Notes: a model not told the origin generated them from the sequence alone. 33,921 nucleotides of DNA from Mycobacteriales bacterium (GCA_035645255.1 DASQMY010000313.1:1-33921); one strand, 5' to 3'. Positions 24,730-33,921 are shown, numbered from the stretch's first letter. Translations and numbers: made by a program.

Positions 24730-26274
24730 GTGGACGAGCCAACCGTCGTCATCGACGTACGGCAGGTCTCCAAGCGGTTCCTCGGCGTCGTCGCACTGGA
24801 CCAGGTGTCGCTGCAGCTGCGGGCCGGTGAGGTGCACGCCCTCATCGGCGAGAACGGCGCCGGGAAGTCCACGCTGATCAAGCTGATCACCGGCGTCTAC
24901 CAGGCCGACGACGGCGAGGTGGTGTACCTCGGCAACCCGGTGCGCTTCGCGCAGCCGCGCGACGCCCAGGCGGCCGGCATCAGCACCATCTACCAGGAGA
25001 TCAACCTCATCCCTCAGGTGAGCGTCGCCCGCAACCTGTTCCTCGGTCGCGAGCCGACGGGCCGTGGCGGCCTGATCGACCTGCCGAGGATGAACCGCGA
25101 GGCCACCGAGGTGGTGAAGCGGTACGGCGTCGACGTCGACGTACGCCGGCCGCTGCGCGAGCTCGCCACCGGCATCCAGCAGATGGTCGCCATCGCCCGC
25201 GCCGTCGAGAGCGACGCCAAGGTCGTCATCATGGACGAGCCGACGTCGTCGCTGGAGCCGCGGGAGGTCGACCAGCTGTTCGCCGTCATCGACCAGCTCC
25301 GCCAGCGTGGCGTCGCGGTGCTCTACGTCAGCCACAAGCTGGCCGAGGTCTTCCGGATCTGCGACCGGGTGACCGTCCTCCGCGACGGCCGGCGCGTGCA
25401 CACCGGGCCGGTCAAGGACATGACGAGGCTATCGCTGATCGCCACGATGCTCGGCCGCGACGTGGCCGACGTGTCGGCGCACGGGACGACGAGCTTCAGC
25501 GAGGAGCACGACCTCGGCGATCGCGCGCCGGTGCTGCGGGCGTCCGGACTCACCCGTGCGCACCTGCTGCACGGCGTCGCGGTCGACGTCCGGCCGGGGG
25601 AGGTCGTCGGGCTGGCCGGGCTGCTCGGCTCCGGTCGCAGCGAGACCGCGAAGGCGATCTTCGGCGCCCAGCCGCTCGACGCCGGCGAGGTCCACGTCGA
25701 CGGCAAGCAGCTGCACCTCGGCCGGCCGGCCGCGGCGATCGAGGCGGGCGTCGCGCTGCTGCCCGAGGACCGCAAGGCGGAGGGGATCATCCCCGGCCTG
25801 TCGGTGCGCGAGAACATCGCGCTCGCCGCGCTGCCGCGGATGAGCCGCGGGGGGTTCGTCGCGCAGAAGCAGATCGACGGTGTCGTCGACACCTTCATGA
25901 AGCGGCTGCGCATCAAGGCGTCCAGCCCGGACCAGAAGGTCGGCGAGCTGTCCGGCGGCAACCAGCAGAAGGTGCTGCTCGCTCGCCTGCTCTGCCTCAA
26001 CCCCAAGGTGCTCATCCTCGACGAGCCGACCCGCGGCATCGACGTGGGCGCGAAGGCGGAGGTGCAGGCGCTCATCGACGAGCTGGCCGGCAACGGGCTG
26101 GCCGTGCTGCTCATCTCCTCGGAGCTCTCCGAGGTCGTCGAAGGGTCCGACAGCGTCGTCGTGCTGCGCGACGGTGCGGCGCTCGGGACGCTGCGCGGCA
26201 AGGACATCTCGGAGGACCGGATCATGGGCATGATCGCCGAGGCGGCGAGCGACACCCGGACTGCGCACGCATGA
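24730..26274 (+). CDS. sugar ABC transporter ATP-binding protein, duplicated ABC cassette (YtfR-like)
   Basis: 514 aa, GTG start. First cassette: GENGAGKST, MDEP. Second cassette: LSGGNQQK, LILDEPTRGID. Confidence 0.9.
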   Translation: MDEPTVVIDVRQVSKRFLGVVALDQVSLQLRAGEVHALIGENGAGKSTLIKLITGVYQADDGEVVYLGNPVRFAQPRDAQAAGISTIYQEINLIPQVSVARNLFLGREPTGRGGLIDLPRMNREATEVVKRYGVDVDVRRPLRELATGIQQMVAIARAVESDAKVVIMDEPTSSLEPREVDQLFAVIDQLRQRGVAVLYVSHKLAEVFRICDRVTVLRDGRRVHTGPVKDMTRLSLIATMLGRDVADVSAHGTTSFSEEHDLGDRAPVLRASGLTRAHLLHGVAVDVRPGEVVGLAGLLGSGRSETAKAIFGAQPLDAGEVHVDGKQLHLGRPAAAIEAGVALLPEDRKAEGIIPGLSVRENIALAALPRMSRGGFVAQKQIDGVVDTFMKRLRIKASSPDQKVGELSGGNQQKVLLARLLCLNPKVLILDEPTRGIDVGAKAEVQALIDELAGNGLAVLLISSELSEVVEGSDSVVVLRDGAALGTLRGKDISEDRIMGMIAEAASDTRTAHA

Positions 26275-27254
26275 CGACCACCGTCGCCGACCCGGCCGAG
26301 GTCGTCCGGCCACCTGCGCCGAGGCGCGAGGTCGCCAAGGCGTGGGTCCGTGACCGCGGCGTCTACGTGGCGCTCGGGCTGCTGGTCCTCTACAACGTCG
26401 CGACGTCCGAGGGCTTCCTGTCCAGGGCGAACATCAACCTCAACCTCATCCAGGTCGCCGTCACGCTGATCGTCTCGCTCGGCATGGCGATGGTGATCGG
26501 CACCGAGGGCATCGACCTGTCGGTCGGCGCGACGATGGCGATCGCCGCCGTCCTGATGCCTGACTACATGGGCTACGGGCTGCCGGTCGCCATCCTCGTC
26601 GCGGTGGCCGCGGGGGCTGTCGTCGGGCTGATCAACGGGCTGCTGATCGCGGTCGTCGGCGTGCAGCCGATCGTCGCAACGCTGATCATGCTGGTGACCG
26701 GGCGGGCGATGGCCAACGTCTACTCCAACGGGCAGCTCACCGAGATCTTCGACCCGGCGCTGCGGACCCTCGGCACCGGCTCGACGCTCGGCGTACCCAA
26801 CACGGCGCTCGTCGCACTCCTGCTCACCGCCGTGGTCGGCGTGGTCGTCCGCCGGACGACGTTCGGGCGCCGGCTGGTCGCCATCGGCGGCAACCTGGAG
26901 GCGAGCACGCTGGCCGGCCTCCCGGTGCGGCGCACGCTGATCACCGTCTACGTCGTGAGCGGACTCCTCGCCGCCATCGCCGGGGTGCTCTACACGGCGC
27001 GGACCGGTGCGGCCAACCCCGGCCAGATCGGCGACCTGATCGAGCTCGCCGCGATCACCGCGGTCGTCGTGGGCGGCACCCCGCTGTCCGGTGGCCGGGT
27101 GCGCATCCTGGCGACCGTGGCCGGCGCGCTGCTGCTGCAGATCGTCTTCGCGACGCTCACCCGCAACAACGTCGACGCCGGCTACGCGCGGATCTTCCAA
27201 GCCGCGATCATCGTCGGTGCCGTCTACCTCCAGCGGGACAGGACCGCCTCATGA
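26271..27254 (+). CDS. sugar ABC transporter permease (YtfT-like)
   Basis: 327 aa, polytopic. GGIDLSVGA-type motif (TEGIDLSVGATMA). ATGA overlap with the ATPase stop. Confidence 0.85.
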   Translation: MTTTVADPAEVVRPPAPRREVAKAWVRDRGVYVALGLLVLYNVATSEGFLSRANINLNLIQVAVTLIVSLGMAMVIGTEGIDLSVGATMAIAAVLMPDYMGYGLPVAILVAVAAGAVVGLINGLLIAVVGVQPIVATLIMLVTGRAMANVYSNGQLTEIFDPALRTLGTGSTLGVPNTALVALLLTAVVGVVVRRTTFGRRLVAIGGNLEASTLAGLPVRRTLITVYVVSGLLAAIAGVLYTARTGAANPGQIGDLIELAAITAVVVGGTPLSGGRVRILATVAGALLLQIVFATLTRNNVDAGYARIFQAAIIVGAVYLQRDRTAS

Positions 27255-28273
27255 GCCAGGAGCTCGCACCGGCCGCACCGCCGTCCACCCAGGCGACCGC
27301 CGTCGACGCGGCGGCCGACCGGCAGAGCCGGATCGTCGGTCTGGTCCAGCGGTCCGCCGCGCTGATCGTCCTCGCCATCGCGCTGCTGGTCGGCTCGGTC
27401 ATGTACTCGCAGTTCGCCGAGGTGAGCAACTTCCGCAACATCCTGGAGAGCCGGTTCAGCCTCGGGCTCATCGCGGTCGGCATGACGTTCGTCATCATCA
27501 GCGGCGGGATCGACCTCTCCGTCGGCTCGGTGATGGCGGTGTCGGCCGTCCTCACGGCGTGGAGCGCGACGAACTACGGCTCGGTCGCCGCTGTCGTCGT
27601 ACCGCTGGCCGTCTGCGCGGTCATCGGCCTCGTCAACGGCCTGCTCATCGCGCGGGGCCGGCTCGCGCCGTTCATCGTCACGCTGGCGACGCTGCTCGGG
27701 GCGCGCGGCCTCGCCCTGAAGATCACCGACGAGGGGACGACCAAGCAGCTCGTCCCGGACGACGCGTGGGTGCTCAACCTCGGCCGGGCCGACGTGGCGG
27801 GCCTGCCGGTGCCGATCCTGTTCGCCGTCGCCGCGTTCCTCGTCGGGTTCGTCGTCCTCAACCGCACCCGGTTCGGTCAGTCGGTGTTCGCCGTCGGCGG
27901 CTCCGAGGACGCCGCCAACCTGATGGGTCTGCCGGTACGCCGGATCAAGGTGTGGGTCTACGTCGCGAGCGCCTTCCTCGCCGGCGTGGCCGGCATGCTG
28001 GTCGCCGCGCGCGCCGGCACTGGCGAGGTGACGCTAGGCCAGGGCATCGAGCTGCAGGCCATCGCTGCCGTCGTGATCGGCGGCACACTGCTGACCGGTG
28101 GCAGCGGCGGCCTGGGCGGCACGGCTGCGGGCGTCGTGCTGCTCGGCGTGATCAGCAACCTGATCAACTTGTCCGACCTGCCCAACACCTACTATCAGGG
28201 CCTGGTCAGCGGTCTCTTCCTGCTCGTCGTCGTCGTCGCGCAGACCCTCCTCGCCCGAAAGAAGCGCACGTGA
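27251..28273 (+). CDS. sugar ABC transporter permease (YjfF-like)
   Basis: 340 aa, polytopic. SGGIDLSVGSVMA. ATGA overlap with the upstream permease stop. Confidence 0.85.
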   Translation: MSQELAPAAPPSTQATAVDAAADRQSRIVGLVQRSAALIVLAIALLVGSVMYSQFAEVSNFRNILESRFSLGLIAVGMTFVIISGGIDLSVGSVMAVSAVLTAWSATNYGSVAAVVVPLAVCAVIGLVNGLLIARGRLAPFIVTLATLLGARGLALKITDEGTTKQLVPDDAWVLNLGRADVAGLPVPILFAVAAFLVGFVVLNRTRFGQSVFAVGGSEDAANLMGLPVRRIKVWVYVASAFLAGVAGMLVAARAGTGEVTLGQGIELQAIAAVVIGGTLLTGGSGGLGGTAAGVVLLGVISNLINLSDLPNTYYQGLVSGLFLLVVVVAQTLLARKKRT

Positions 28274-29379
28274 CAGCGCAACACCGGACCTCCATGCGGC
28301 TGGCCGACGGCCGCGAGCTCATCTACTTCGACGACGCGCCTGACGCGCAGCGCAAGACGACCGACGACCGCGACCTCGAGGGAGCCTCGACGCAGTCGCA
28401 GATCCGGCGCGACCCGGTGATGGACGAGTGGGTGGTCATCGCCTCGCACCGGCAGTCGCGCACGCACCTGCCGCCGGCCGACCAGTGCCCGCTGTGCCCG
28501 TCGACGGCCGACCGGCTCACCGAGATCCCGGCCGACGACTACGACGTCGTGGTCTTCGAGAACCGCTTCCCGTCGCTGCAGGGAGTCCCGACCGGCGAGG
28601 CGGACGGTACGGGGGACGTCCGGCCCGGGGTCGGCCGGTGCGAGGTCGTGTGCTTCACGAGCGACCACAGCTCGTCGTTCTCCCAGCTCTCGCCGGAGCG
28701 GCTGAGCACCGTCATGGACGCCTGGGTCGACCGGATCGACGCGCTGTCGCAGCAGCCGGGCGTCGAGTACGTGTTCGTCTTCGAGAACCGCGGCGAGGAG
28801 ATCGGCGTCACGCTGCACCACCCACACGGGCAGATCTACGCCTACCCGTTCGTCCCGCCGCGCGTAGCGCGGGGGCTGGACTCCGCGCGGCGCTACCGCG
28901 AGGAGCACGGCGGCTGCCTGTTCTGCCACGTCGTGAAGCAGGAGGTCGCCGACGGCGAGCGGGTCGTCGCCGAGACCGACAGCTTCGTCGCGTTCGTGCC
29001 CAAGGCTCCGCACTGGCCGTACGAGGTGCACGTCTACGCCAAGCACCACGTCGCCGACCTGCCGGCGCTGTCGGCCGACGAGCGTCGCGAGCTGGTGCTG
29101 CTGCAGGCCGACGTGCTCGACTTGTTCGACGGTGTCTTCGACACCCCGATGCCGTACATCATGGGCTGGTCGCAGGCACCGGTGCGGGTGGACCGCGACC
29201 TCGCGCACCTGCGCCTGGAGGTGTTCTCGGCGCGCCGCGCCGCCGGCAAGCTGAAGTTCCTCGCCGGCAGCGAGGCGGCGGCCGGTGTCTTCGTCAACGA
29301 CGTGCTCCCGGAGCAGGCGGCGGAGCGGCTGCGCGGCGCAACGCGTCGCCGTCCGGGCACAGGAGCTGACCACCGTTGA
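28270..29379 (+). CDS. galT: galactose-1-phosphate uridylyltransferase
   Basis: GTG 28270 overlaps the permease stop (GTGA). 369 aa. CPLCP zinc motif, VVFENRFPS, VFENRGEEIGVTLHHPHGQIYAYPF (the HPH active site). It sits inside the over-extended track ORF 27091..29379. Confidence 0.9.
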   Translation: MTAQHRTSMRLADGRELIYFDDAPDAQRKTTDDRDLEGASTQSQIRRDPVMDEWVVIASHRQSRTHLPPADQCPLCPSTADRLTEIPADDYDVVVFENRFPSLQGVPTGEADGTGDVRPGVGRCEVVCFTSDHSSSFSQLSPERLSTVMDAWVDRIDALSQQPGVEYVFVFENRGEEIGVTLHHPHGQIYAYPFVPPRVARGLDSARRYREEHGGCLFCHVVKQEVADGERVVAETDSFVAFVPKAPHWPYEVHVYAKHHVADLPALSADERRELVLLQADVLDLFDGVFDTPMPYIMGWSQAPVRVDRDLAHLRLEVFSARRAAGKLKFLAGSEAAAGVFVNDVLPEQAAERLRGATRRRPGTGADHR

Positions 29380-30365
29380 GTGACGTGACCAGGGTCGCCG
29401 TGGTCGGCACCGGTGACTGGTGGGGGTGGGAGCACGCGAGGGCGTTCTCCAGCCGGACCGACACCGAGCTGGTCGCGATCGTCGGGCGGCGCGCCGAGCG
29501 GGCGGCGCAGCGGGCGGCGGAGTTCGGCGTGACCGGCTACACCGACGTCACCGAGATGATCCGCGTCGAGCAGCCGGACCTCGTGTCGCTCTGCCTGCCG
29601 AACGAGACGCACTTCGAGCCGACGCTCGCGGTGATCCGGGCCGGCATCCCGCTGCTCGTGGAGAAGCCGCTGGTCTTCGTGCCGGCGGAGGCGGAGCGGC
29701 TGCTGGCCGAGGCGGCGGAGCGCGACCTCTTCTTCGCGATCAACTTCAACCATCGCTACGCGAAGCCGATCACCTTGGCCCGCAAGGCGATCGAGGGCGG
29801 CGAGCTCGGCGACCTGGTCTTCGCGACGTGGCGCTTCGGCGGTGACCCGGGCACCAGCACCGACCCGCACGCCAACCTGATCGAGACGCAGTGCCACGCG
29901 TTCGACCAGCTCGAGGACCTGTGCGGCCCGATCGACTCGGTCATGGCGCAGATGACCGACCGGACCGGCCGCGGTTTCTCGACCATGGCCATCGCCCTGC
30001 ACTTCGCCAGCGGCGCGGTCGGCACGCTGCTCGGGAGCTACGACTCGTCGTACGCCTATCCGGGGACGCACCGACTGGAGGTCAACGGCACCGCCGGCCG
30101 GCTCGTCGTCGACGACACGGTCAAGCGGTTCACGTTCAACGCGGCCGGCTCCGAGACCGCGAGCGTGTGGGAGGCCGGCTACTTCAACGACGAGGGCCGG
30201 CAGTTCCACCGGATGATGGACCGCCACCTCGACGACCTGCTGGCCGCGCTGCGCGCCGGCGGCGAACCGCCGATCCACGCCCGCGCCGGCGCTCGGGCGC
30301 TCGACCTGGCGCACGCGACGATCCGCTCCTTCGAGACCGGCGACCGCGTCGCGGTGCCGGCCTGA
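29376..30365 (+). CDS. Gfo/Idh/MocA-family NAD(P)-dependent oxidoreductase
   Basis: 329 aa. TTG start overlaps the galT stop (TTGA), with GGAG 11 nt upstream. N-terminal Rossmann VAVVGTGDWWG and LLVEKPL motif. Confidence 0.8.
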   Translation: MSDVTRVAVVGTGDWWGWEHARAFSSRTDTELVAIVGRRAERAAQRAAEFGVTGYTDVTEMIRVEQPDLVSLCLPNETHFEPTLAVIRAGIPLLVEKPLVFVPAEAERLLAEAAERDLFFAINFNHRYAKPITLARKAIEGGELGDLVFATWRFGGDPGTSTDPHANLIETQCHAFDQLEDLCGPIDSVMAQMTDRTGRGFSTMAIALHFASGAVGTLLGSYDSSYAYPGTHRLEVNGTAGRLVVDDTVKRFTFNAAGSETASVWEAGYFNDEGRQFHRMMDRHLDDLLAALRAGGEPPIHARAGARALDLAHATIRSFETGDRVAVPA

Positions 30366-31528
30366 TGACACCGGGTCTGCAGCTGGCTGCCGAGGCGGTC
30401 ACAGCGCTCTTCGGCGAGCACATCGGCGGTACGCCGGACGGCGTGTGGGCGGCGCCCGGCCGGGTCAACCTGATCGGCGAGCACACCGACTACAACGACG
30501 GCTTCGTCCTGCCGCTGGCGATCGACCGGCGCGCCGTCGTGGCGGTCCGCCCGCGGGCCGACCGGGTGCTCCGCGTCCACGCGGCGCAGGCGGGGACGGC
30601 CGAGATCGCGCTCGACGACATAGCACCCGGAGCGGTCGACGGGTGGCTCGCCTACGTCGCTGGGCCGCTCTGGGCGCTCGCAGCCAAGGGCGTCGCCGTC
30701 AGCGGGCTCGACGTCGTGCTCAGCAGCGACGTCCCGCAGGGCGCCGGCCTGTCCTCGAGCGCAGCCATCGAGTGCGCCGTCGCGGTCGCGGCGCACGAGC
30801 TCGCCGGCGGCGGGCTGTCCCGCGCGGACCTCGCGCTGGTCGCGCAGCGCGCCGAGATCGAGATCGCCGGCGTGCCGTGCGGCATCATGGACCAGATGGC
30901 GTCCATGTGCGCGACCGCGGGGCATGCGCTGTTCCTCGACACCAGGTCGATGCAGTCGGACGACGTCCGGCTGCCGGTGGGCGCCGACACCGGCGCAGCA
31001 CTGCTGGTCATCGACACGCGGGCCGAGCACTCGCTCGTCGACGGCGCCTACGCCGAACGGCGCGCCGCGTGCGAGAAGGCGGCGCTGATCCTCGGCGTAC
31101 CGGCGCTGCGGGACGCCACCCCGGAGCTGCTCGAGTCCGCGGGCGCCGACCTCGACGACGTCAGCCGGCGGCGGGCGCGGCACGTCGTCACCGAGAACCG
31201 CCGCGTCCTCGACACGGTGGACCGCCTCGGCAAGGGGTCGCTGGCGGAGATCGGGCCGCTGCTGCTGGCGTCCCACGAGTCGCTGCGCCGCGACTTCGAG
31301 GTCACGGTCGACGAGCTGGACGTCGCGGTCGAGTCGGCGATGTCGGCCGGCGCCATCGGCGCGCGGATGACCGGAGCGGGCTTCGGCGGCTGCGCGATCG
31401 CCGTCGTCGCGCAGGAGCGGGTCGCCGGGTGCGCGGACGCGGTGGCCGAGGCGTTCGCCGCCCGCGGCTTCACCGCACCGGTCTGCTTCGTCGCCGAGCC
31501 CTCCGACGGAGCCGGCCGGATCTCCTGA
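30365..31528 (+). CDS. galK: galactokinase
   Basis: ATG 30365 overlaps the upstream stop (TGATG). 387 aa. GRVNLIGEHTDYNDGFVLP signature, GHMP motif PQGAGLSSSAA, and GARMTGAGFGGC. Confidence 0.9.
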   Translation: MTPGLQLAAEAVTALFGEHIGGTPDGVWAAPGRVNLIGEHTDYNDGFVLPLAIDRRAVVAVRPRADRVLRVHAAQAGTAEIALDDIAPGAVDGWLAYVAGPLWALAAKGVAVSGLDVVLSSDVPQGAGLSSSAAIECAVAVAAHELAGGGLSRADLALVAQRAEIEIAGVPCGIMDQMASMCATAGHALFLDTRSMQSDDVRLPVGADTGAALLVIDTRAEHSLVDGAYAERRAACEKAALILGVPALRDATPELLESAGADLDDVSRRRARHVVTENRRVLDTVDRLGKGSLAEIGPLLLASHESLRRDFEVTVDELDVAVESAMSAGAIGARMTGAGFGGCAIAVVAQERVAGCADAVAEAFAARGFTAPVCFVAEPSDGAGRIS

Positions 31529-31580
31529 CCGGCTCAGGTCCGGCCGCTTTCGCGCGTCCCGCGCCGGCGCCGTACAGCAG

Positions 31581-31621
31581 CGCGCTGCGCGGCCCGGCAA
31601 GCAGCCGGACCGCGCAGCGCG
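31581..31621. terminator. 12-bp perfect hairpin between convergent galK and the secreted-protein gene (bidirectional terminator candidate)
   Basis: CGCGCTGCGCGG (31581-31592) pairs with CCGCGCAGCGCG (31610-31621), with a 17-nt loop. No U tract. Confidence 0.5.
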
Positions 31622-31635
31622 ACTGATAGGGCAGG

Positions 31636-32400
31636 TCAGCCGTCGACCTCGGTGTCGCTGGCGTGCTGGACCTGGTTGCTGATGATGCTCGAGTCCGTGG
31701 CGCCCCACTGCGCGCCGGCGCGGCACTTCAGCCGGAGCGTCGCGGAGGACTGCCCGAACTGGAGCAGGCGCTGCAGGTTGTGCGTCGCCCGGGACGTGAC
31801 GCTGGTGTTGTACATCGGCTGGTTGCTGCGGTCGGCGTCGATCTCGCTGCCGCCGGGGAGCTGGTAGGTCAGGACGCAGTCCGAGCCGGTGGTCTGCGAG
31901 GTGATGAGGGTCGCCTTGGCCGTGATGACGTAGAACCCCTTGGGCACGGTCTGCGTGACGACGGTCGTGAACCCCGGACCGGTCGGCGCGCCCCACGGAC
32001 CGGAGCCCCGGTGCGCCGAGCGGGCACTCGTCGCGCGCGGCAGGCTGACGCACGCCACCGCGCCGGTGGCACCGACAGCGCGCATCGCCTTGCCGGCTGG
32101 GCAGCTGCCGAGGACGCGGCGCTGCAGCTGCGACGAGTCGAGGTTGTCGAGGCGGTCGGCGTTGAGCAGCGGCACCTTCGTGCCGTTGCTGACCGAGAAC
32201 GGCGCGGTCGTCGTGCTGCTGGTGCTGAGGCGGAGCGCGCTGCCGCCCGCGGTGTTGTGCAGCACCGCCGGGCGGTTCTCGTAGTTCGCCGCGCCGAGGA
32301 CGAACGGGCCGCCGGTTGCGGCCACTGCGGTGCCGCCGAGGCCCATGAACAGGGCGAGGTAGGCGACGACGGTCGAGTGACGGGGGCGCTGGATGCGCAT
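31636..32400 (-). CDS. secreted or membrane-anchored hypothetical protein
   Basis: 254 aa. GAGGAG 5 nt upstream of the ATG. N-terminal signal/anchor VVAYLALFMGLGGTAVAA. Then FVLGAANYENRPAVLHNTAGGSALRL...PFSVSNGTKVPLLNADRLDNLDSSQL and a CPAGKAMRAVGATGAVAC loop. Confidence 0.7.
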   Translation of the reverse strand: MRIQRPRHSTVVAYLALFMGLGGTAVAATGGPFVLGAANYENRPAVLHNTAGGSALRLSTSSTTTAPFSVSNGTKVPLLNADRLDNLDSSQLQRRVLGSCPAGKAMRAVGATGAVACVSLPRATSARSAHRGSGPWGAPTGPGFTTVVTQTVPKGFYVITAKATLITSQTTGSDCVLTYQLPGGSEIDADRSNQPMYNTSVTSRATHNLQRLLQFGQSSATLRLKCRAGAQWGATDSSIISNQVQHASDTEVDG

Positions 32401-32569
32401 GATGACTCCTCAGGTCCAGGGTCGGAGGACGGCTGCCCTCCCTCGGTGGAGTAGGAGTCGGCCGCCGGCGCCGTGATGCACCGCGCGGCGGATCCAGCGG
32501 GCACCTTCCCGGGGGCACGGTCGTTTCGGGTAGGTCGGCCGTACCGCGTACCGATCGAGAGGGAGCCCG

Positions 32570-33568
32570 ATGAGCAGCTCGACGAGCGTGCTGGAGGAGG
32601 CGCTGTTCGAGGTGAAGCGCGTCGTCGTCGGACAGGACCGGATGATCGAGCGACTGTTCGTCTGCCTGCTGGCCCGCGGCCACTGCCTGCTCGAGGGCGC
32701 GCCCGGCCTCGCGAAGACCCTCGCCGCGGAGACCGTCGCGCGCGTCGTCGGCGGCGACTTCAAGCGCCTGCAGTTCACGCCGGACCTCGTCCCGGCCGAC
32801 CTGGTCGGCACGCGGATCTACCGGCCCTCGCAGGAGCGCTTCGACGTCGAGCTCGGCCCGGTCTTCGCCAACGTCGTGCTCGCCGACGAGATCAACCGCG
32901 CTCCGGCCAAGGTCCAGTCGGCGCTGCTCGAGGTGATGGCCGAGGGTCACGTCTCGATCGGCGGGACGACGTATGACGTCCCGACGCCGTTCCTGGTGCT
33001 CGCGACGCAGAACCCGATCGAGAGCGAGGGCGTCTACCCGCTCCCCGAGGCGCAGCGCGACCGGTTCCTGATGAAGGTGCTCGTCAACTTCCCGTCGCCG
33101 CGCGAGGAGTTCGAGATCATCCACCGGATGAGCGGCGAGCGGCCGCAGCCGCGGGCGATCCTGACACCGCAGCGGCTGCTCGAGCTGCAGGCCGAGAGCA
33201 CCGCGGTGTTCATGCACGGCGCGGTCGTCGACTACGTCGTCCGGCTGGTGCACGCGACCCGCGAGCCGGCGGCGTTCGGCATGTCGGACCTGGAGCCGCT
33301 GATCGCCCACGGCGCGAGCCCCCGTGCGACGCTCGGCCTGGTGGCGGCCGGCCGCGCGCTCGCGCTGCTCCGCGGCCGCGGCTACTGCCGGACGGAGGAC
33401 GTGCAGGACGTCGCTCGCGACATCCTGCGCCACCGGGTCTGGCTGACGTACGACGCGCTCGCCGACGACGTGAGCGCGGAGGAGGTCGTCGAGCGCGTGG
33501 TCAGCACGGTGCCGGTCCCGAACATCACGCCGGCGCAGGTCGGCGGCGTGGCGCAGGCCGCCTCGTGA
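32570..33568 (+). CDS. MoxR-family AAA+ ATPase
   Basis: 332 aa. Walker A EGAPGLAKT, Walker B VVLADEINRAPAK, LVLATQNPIESEGVYPLPEAQRDRF. GGGAG SD. Confidence 0.9.
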   Translation: MSSSTSVLEEALFEVKRVVVGQDRMIERLFVCLLARGHCLLEGAPGLAKTLAAETVARVVGGDFKRLQFTPDLVPADLVGTRIYRPSQERFDVELGPVFANVVLADEINRAPAKVQSALLEVMAEGHVSIGGTTYDVPTPFLVLATQNPIESEGVYPLPEAQRDRFLMKVLVNFPSPREEFEIIHRMSGERPQPRAILTPQRLLELQAESTAVFMHGAVVDYVVRLVHATREPAAFGMSDLEPLIAHGASPRATLGLVAAGRALALLRGRGYCRTEDVQDVARDILRHRVWLTYDALADDVSAEEVVERVVSTVPVPNITPAQVGGVAQAAS

Positions 33569-33921
33569 CGGTCGAGGTCGCGCGCCCGGCGGCGTCGCTC
33601 CGGCAGCTGGAGCTGCTCGTGATGCGCCGGCTGGACGGCATCCTGCAGGGCGAGCACCAGGGGCTCGTGCCGGGCGGCGGCGCGGAGCTGGCCGGCGGGC
33701 GGCTCTACGAGGCGGGCGACGACGTCCGCCGGATGGACTGGAACCTCACCGCGCGGTCCACCGCGCCGCACGTCCGGACCACCATCGCCGACCGTGAGCT
33801 GGAGACCTGGTTGGTCGTCGACTGCTCGGCGAGCCTCGACTTCGGCACCGCGCTGTGCGAGAAGCGCGACCTGGCGCTCGCCGCGATCGCCGCGTTCGGC
33901 TTCCTCACCACGCGGGACGGC
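33565..33921 (+). CDS. DUF58-domain protein, N-terminal 119 codons (runs off right edge)
   Basis: GTG 33565 overlaps the moxR stop (GTGA). GEHQGLVPGGGAELAGGRLYEAGDDVRRMDWNLTAR and LVVDCSASLDFG are typical of DUF58 partners of MoxR. Confidence 0.8.
   Translation, partial: MTVEVARPAASLRQLELLVMRRLDGILQGEHQGLVPGGGAELAGGRLYEAGDDVRRMDWNLTARSTAPHVRTTIADRELETWLVVDCSASLDFGTALCEKRDLALAAIAAFGFLTTRDG

Noticed and set aside
30179-33433. 1084-aa ORF, the longest in the track, on the minus strand
   Set aside because: It is out of frame or antisense to galK, the secreted-protein gene and moxR, all of which have clear family motifs. Its translation is Arg/Pro/Gly/Ala/Asp-rich with no recognisable domain. 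This is the typical stop-codon-poor shadow frame of high-GC DNA.
32570-33921. moxR-DUF58 pair as a candidate novel defence or stress system
   Set aside because: This is the widespread, conserved MoxR/DUF58 (usually followed by VWA/BatA-type) housekeeping operon. Nothing atypical is visible in the part contained in the window.

Overview
High-GC, actinobacterial-type chromosomal window, densely coding. I support 33 protein-coding genes (two run off the window edges), one frameshifted pseudogene, one intein, and several non-coding repeat or regulatory elements. I saw no rRNA, tRNA, CRISPR array, transposase or integrase. Gene order, left to right: (1) the 5' end of rfbA/rmlA; (2) a DUF4032 kinase-like gene; (3) a cytoplasmic PhoD-like phosphatase; (4) a 3-gene envelope-type operon (64-aa membrane protein, kinase-like/SAM-methyltransferase fusion, membrane alkaline-phosphatase-superfamily enzyme); (5) a znuA-znuC-znuB-type importer divergent from zur, with a Zur box between them; (6) VOC, CGNR zinc-finger, a 41-codon Cys/His mini-ORF, and a MarR/EamA divergent pair; (7) a DAG-kinase-family lipid kinase; (8) a disrupted MBL-fold hydrolase; (9) dnaB, split in its P-loop by a 308-aa Ala1/W-C-T (class 3) intein; (10) nucS; (11) a translationally coupled minus-strand operon (HATPase remnant, degenerate GGDEF, stand-alone CarH-like B12-binding protein, ABM monooxygenase); (12) a PhyH dioxygenase; (13) a 335-bp convergent intergenic region packed with repeats; (14) a hemerythrin-Rho_N protein; (15) a DeoR regulator followed by a 7-gene coupled operon (YtfQRT-YjfF-type sugar ABC importer, galT, Gfo/Idh/MocA oxidoreductase, galK); (16) an orphan secreted protein; (17) moxR-DUF58. 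The two most unusual items are the B12/GGDEF/ABM operon (a candidate uncharacterised corrinoid or light signalling module) and the repeat-structured intergenic element at 21402-21717. I found no convincing phage-defence island or mobile island. All family assignments come from motif recognition by eye and need HMM or BLAST confirmation.
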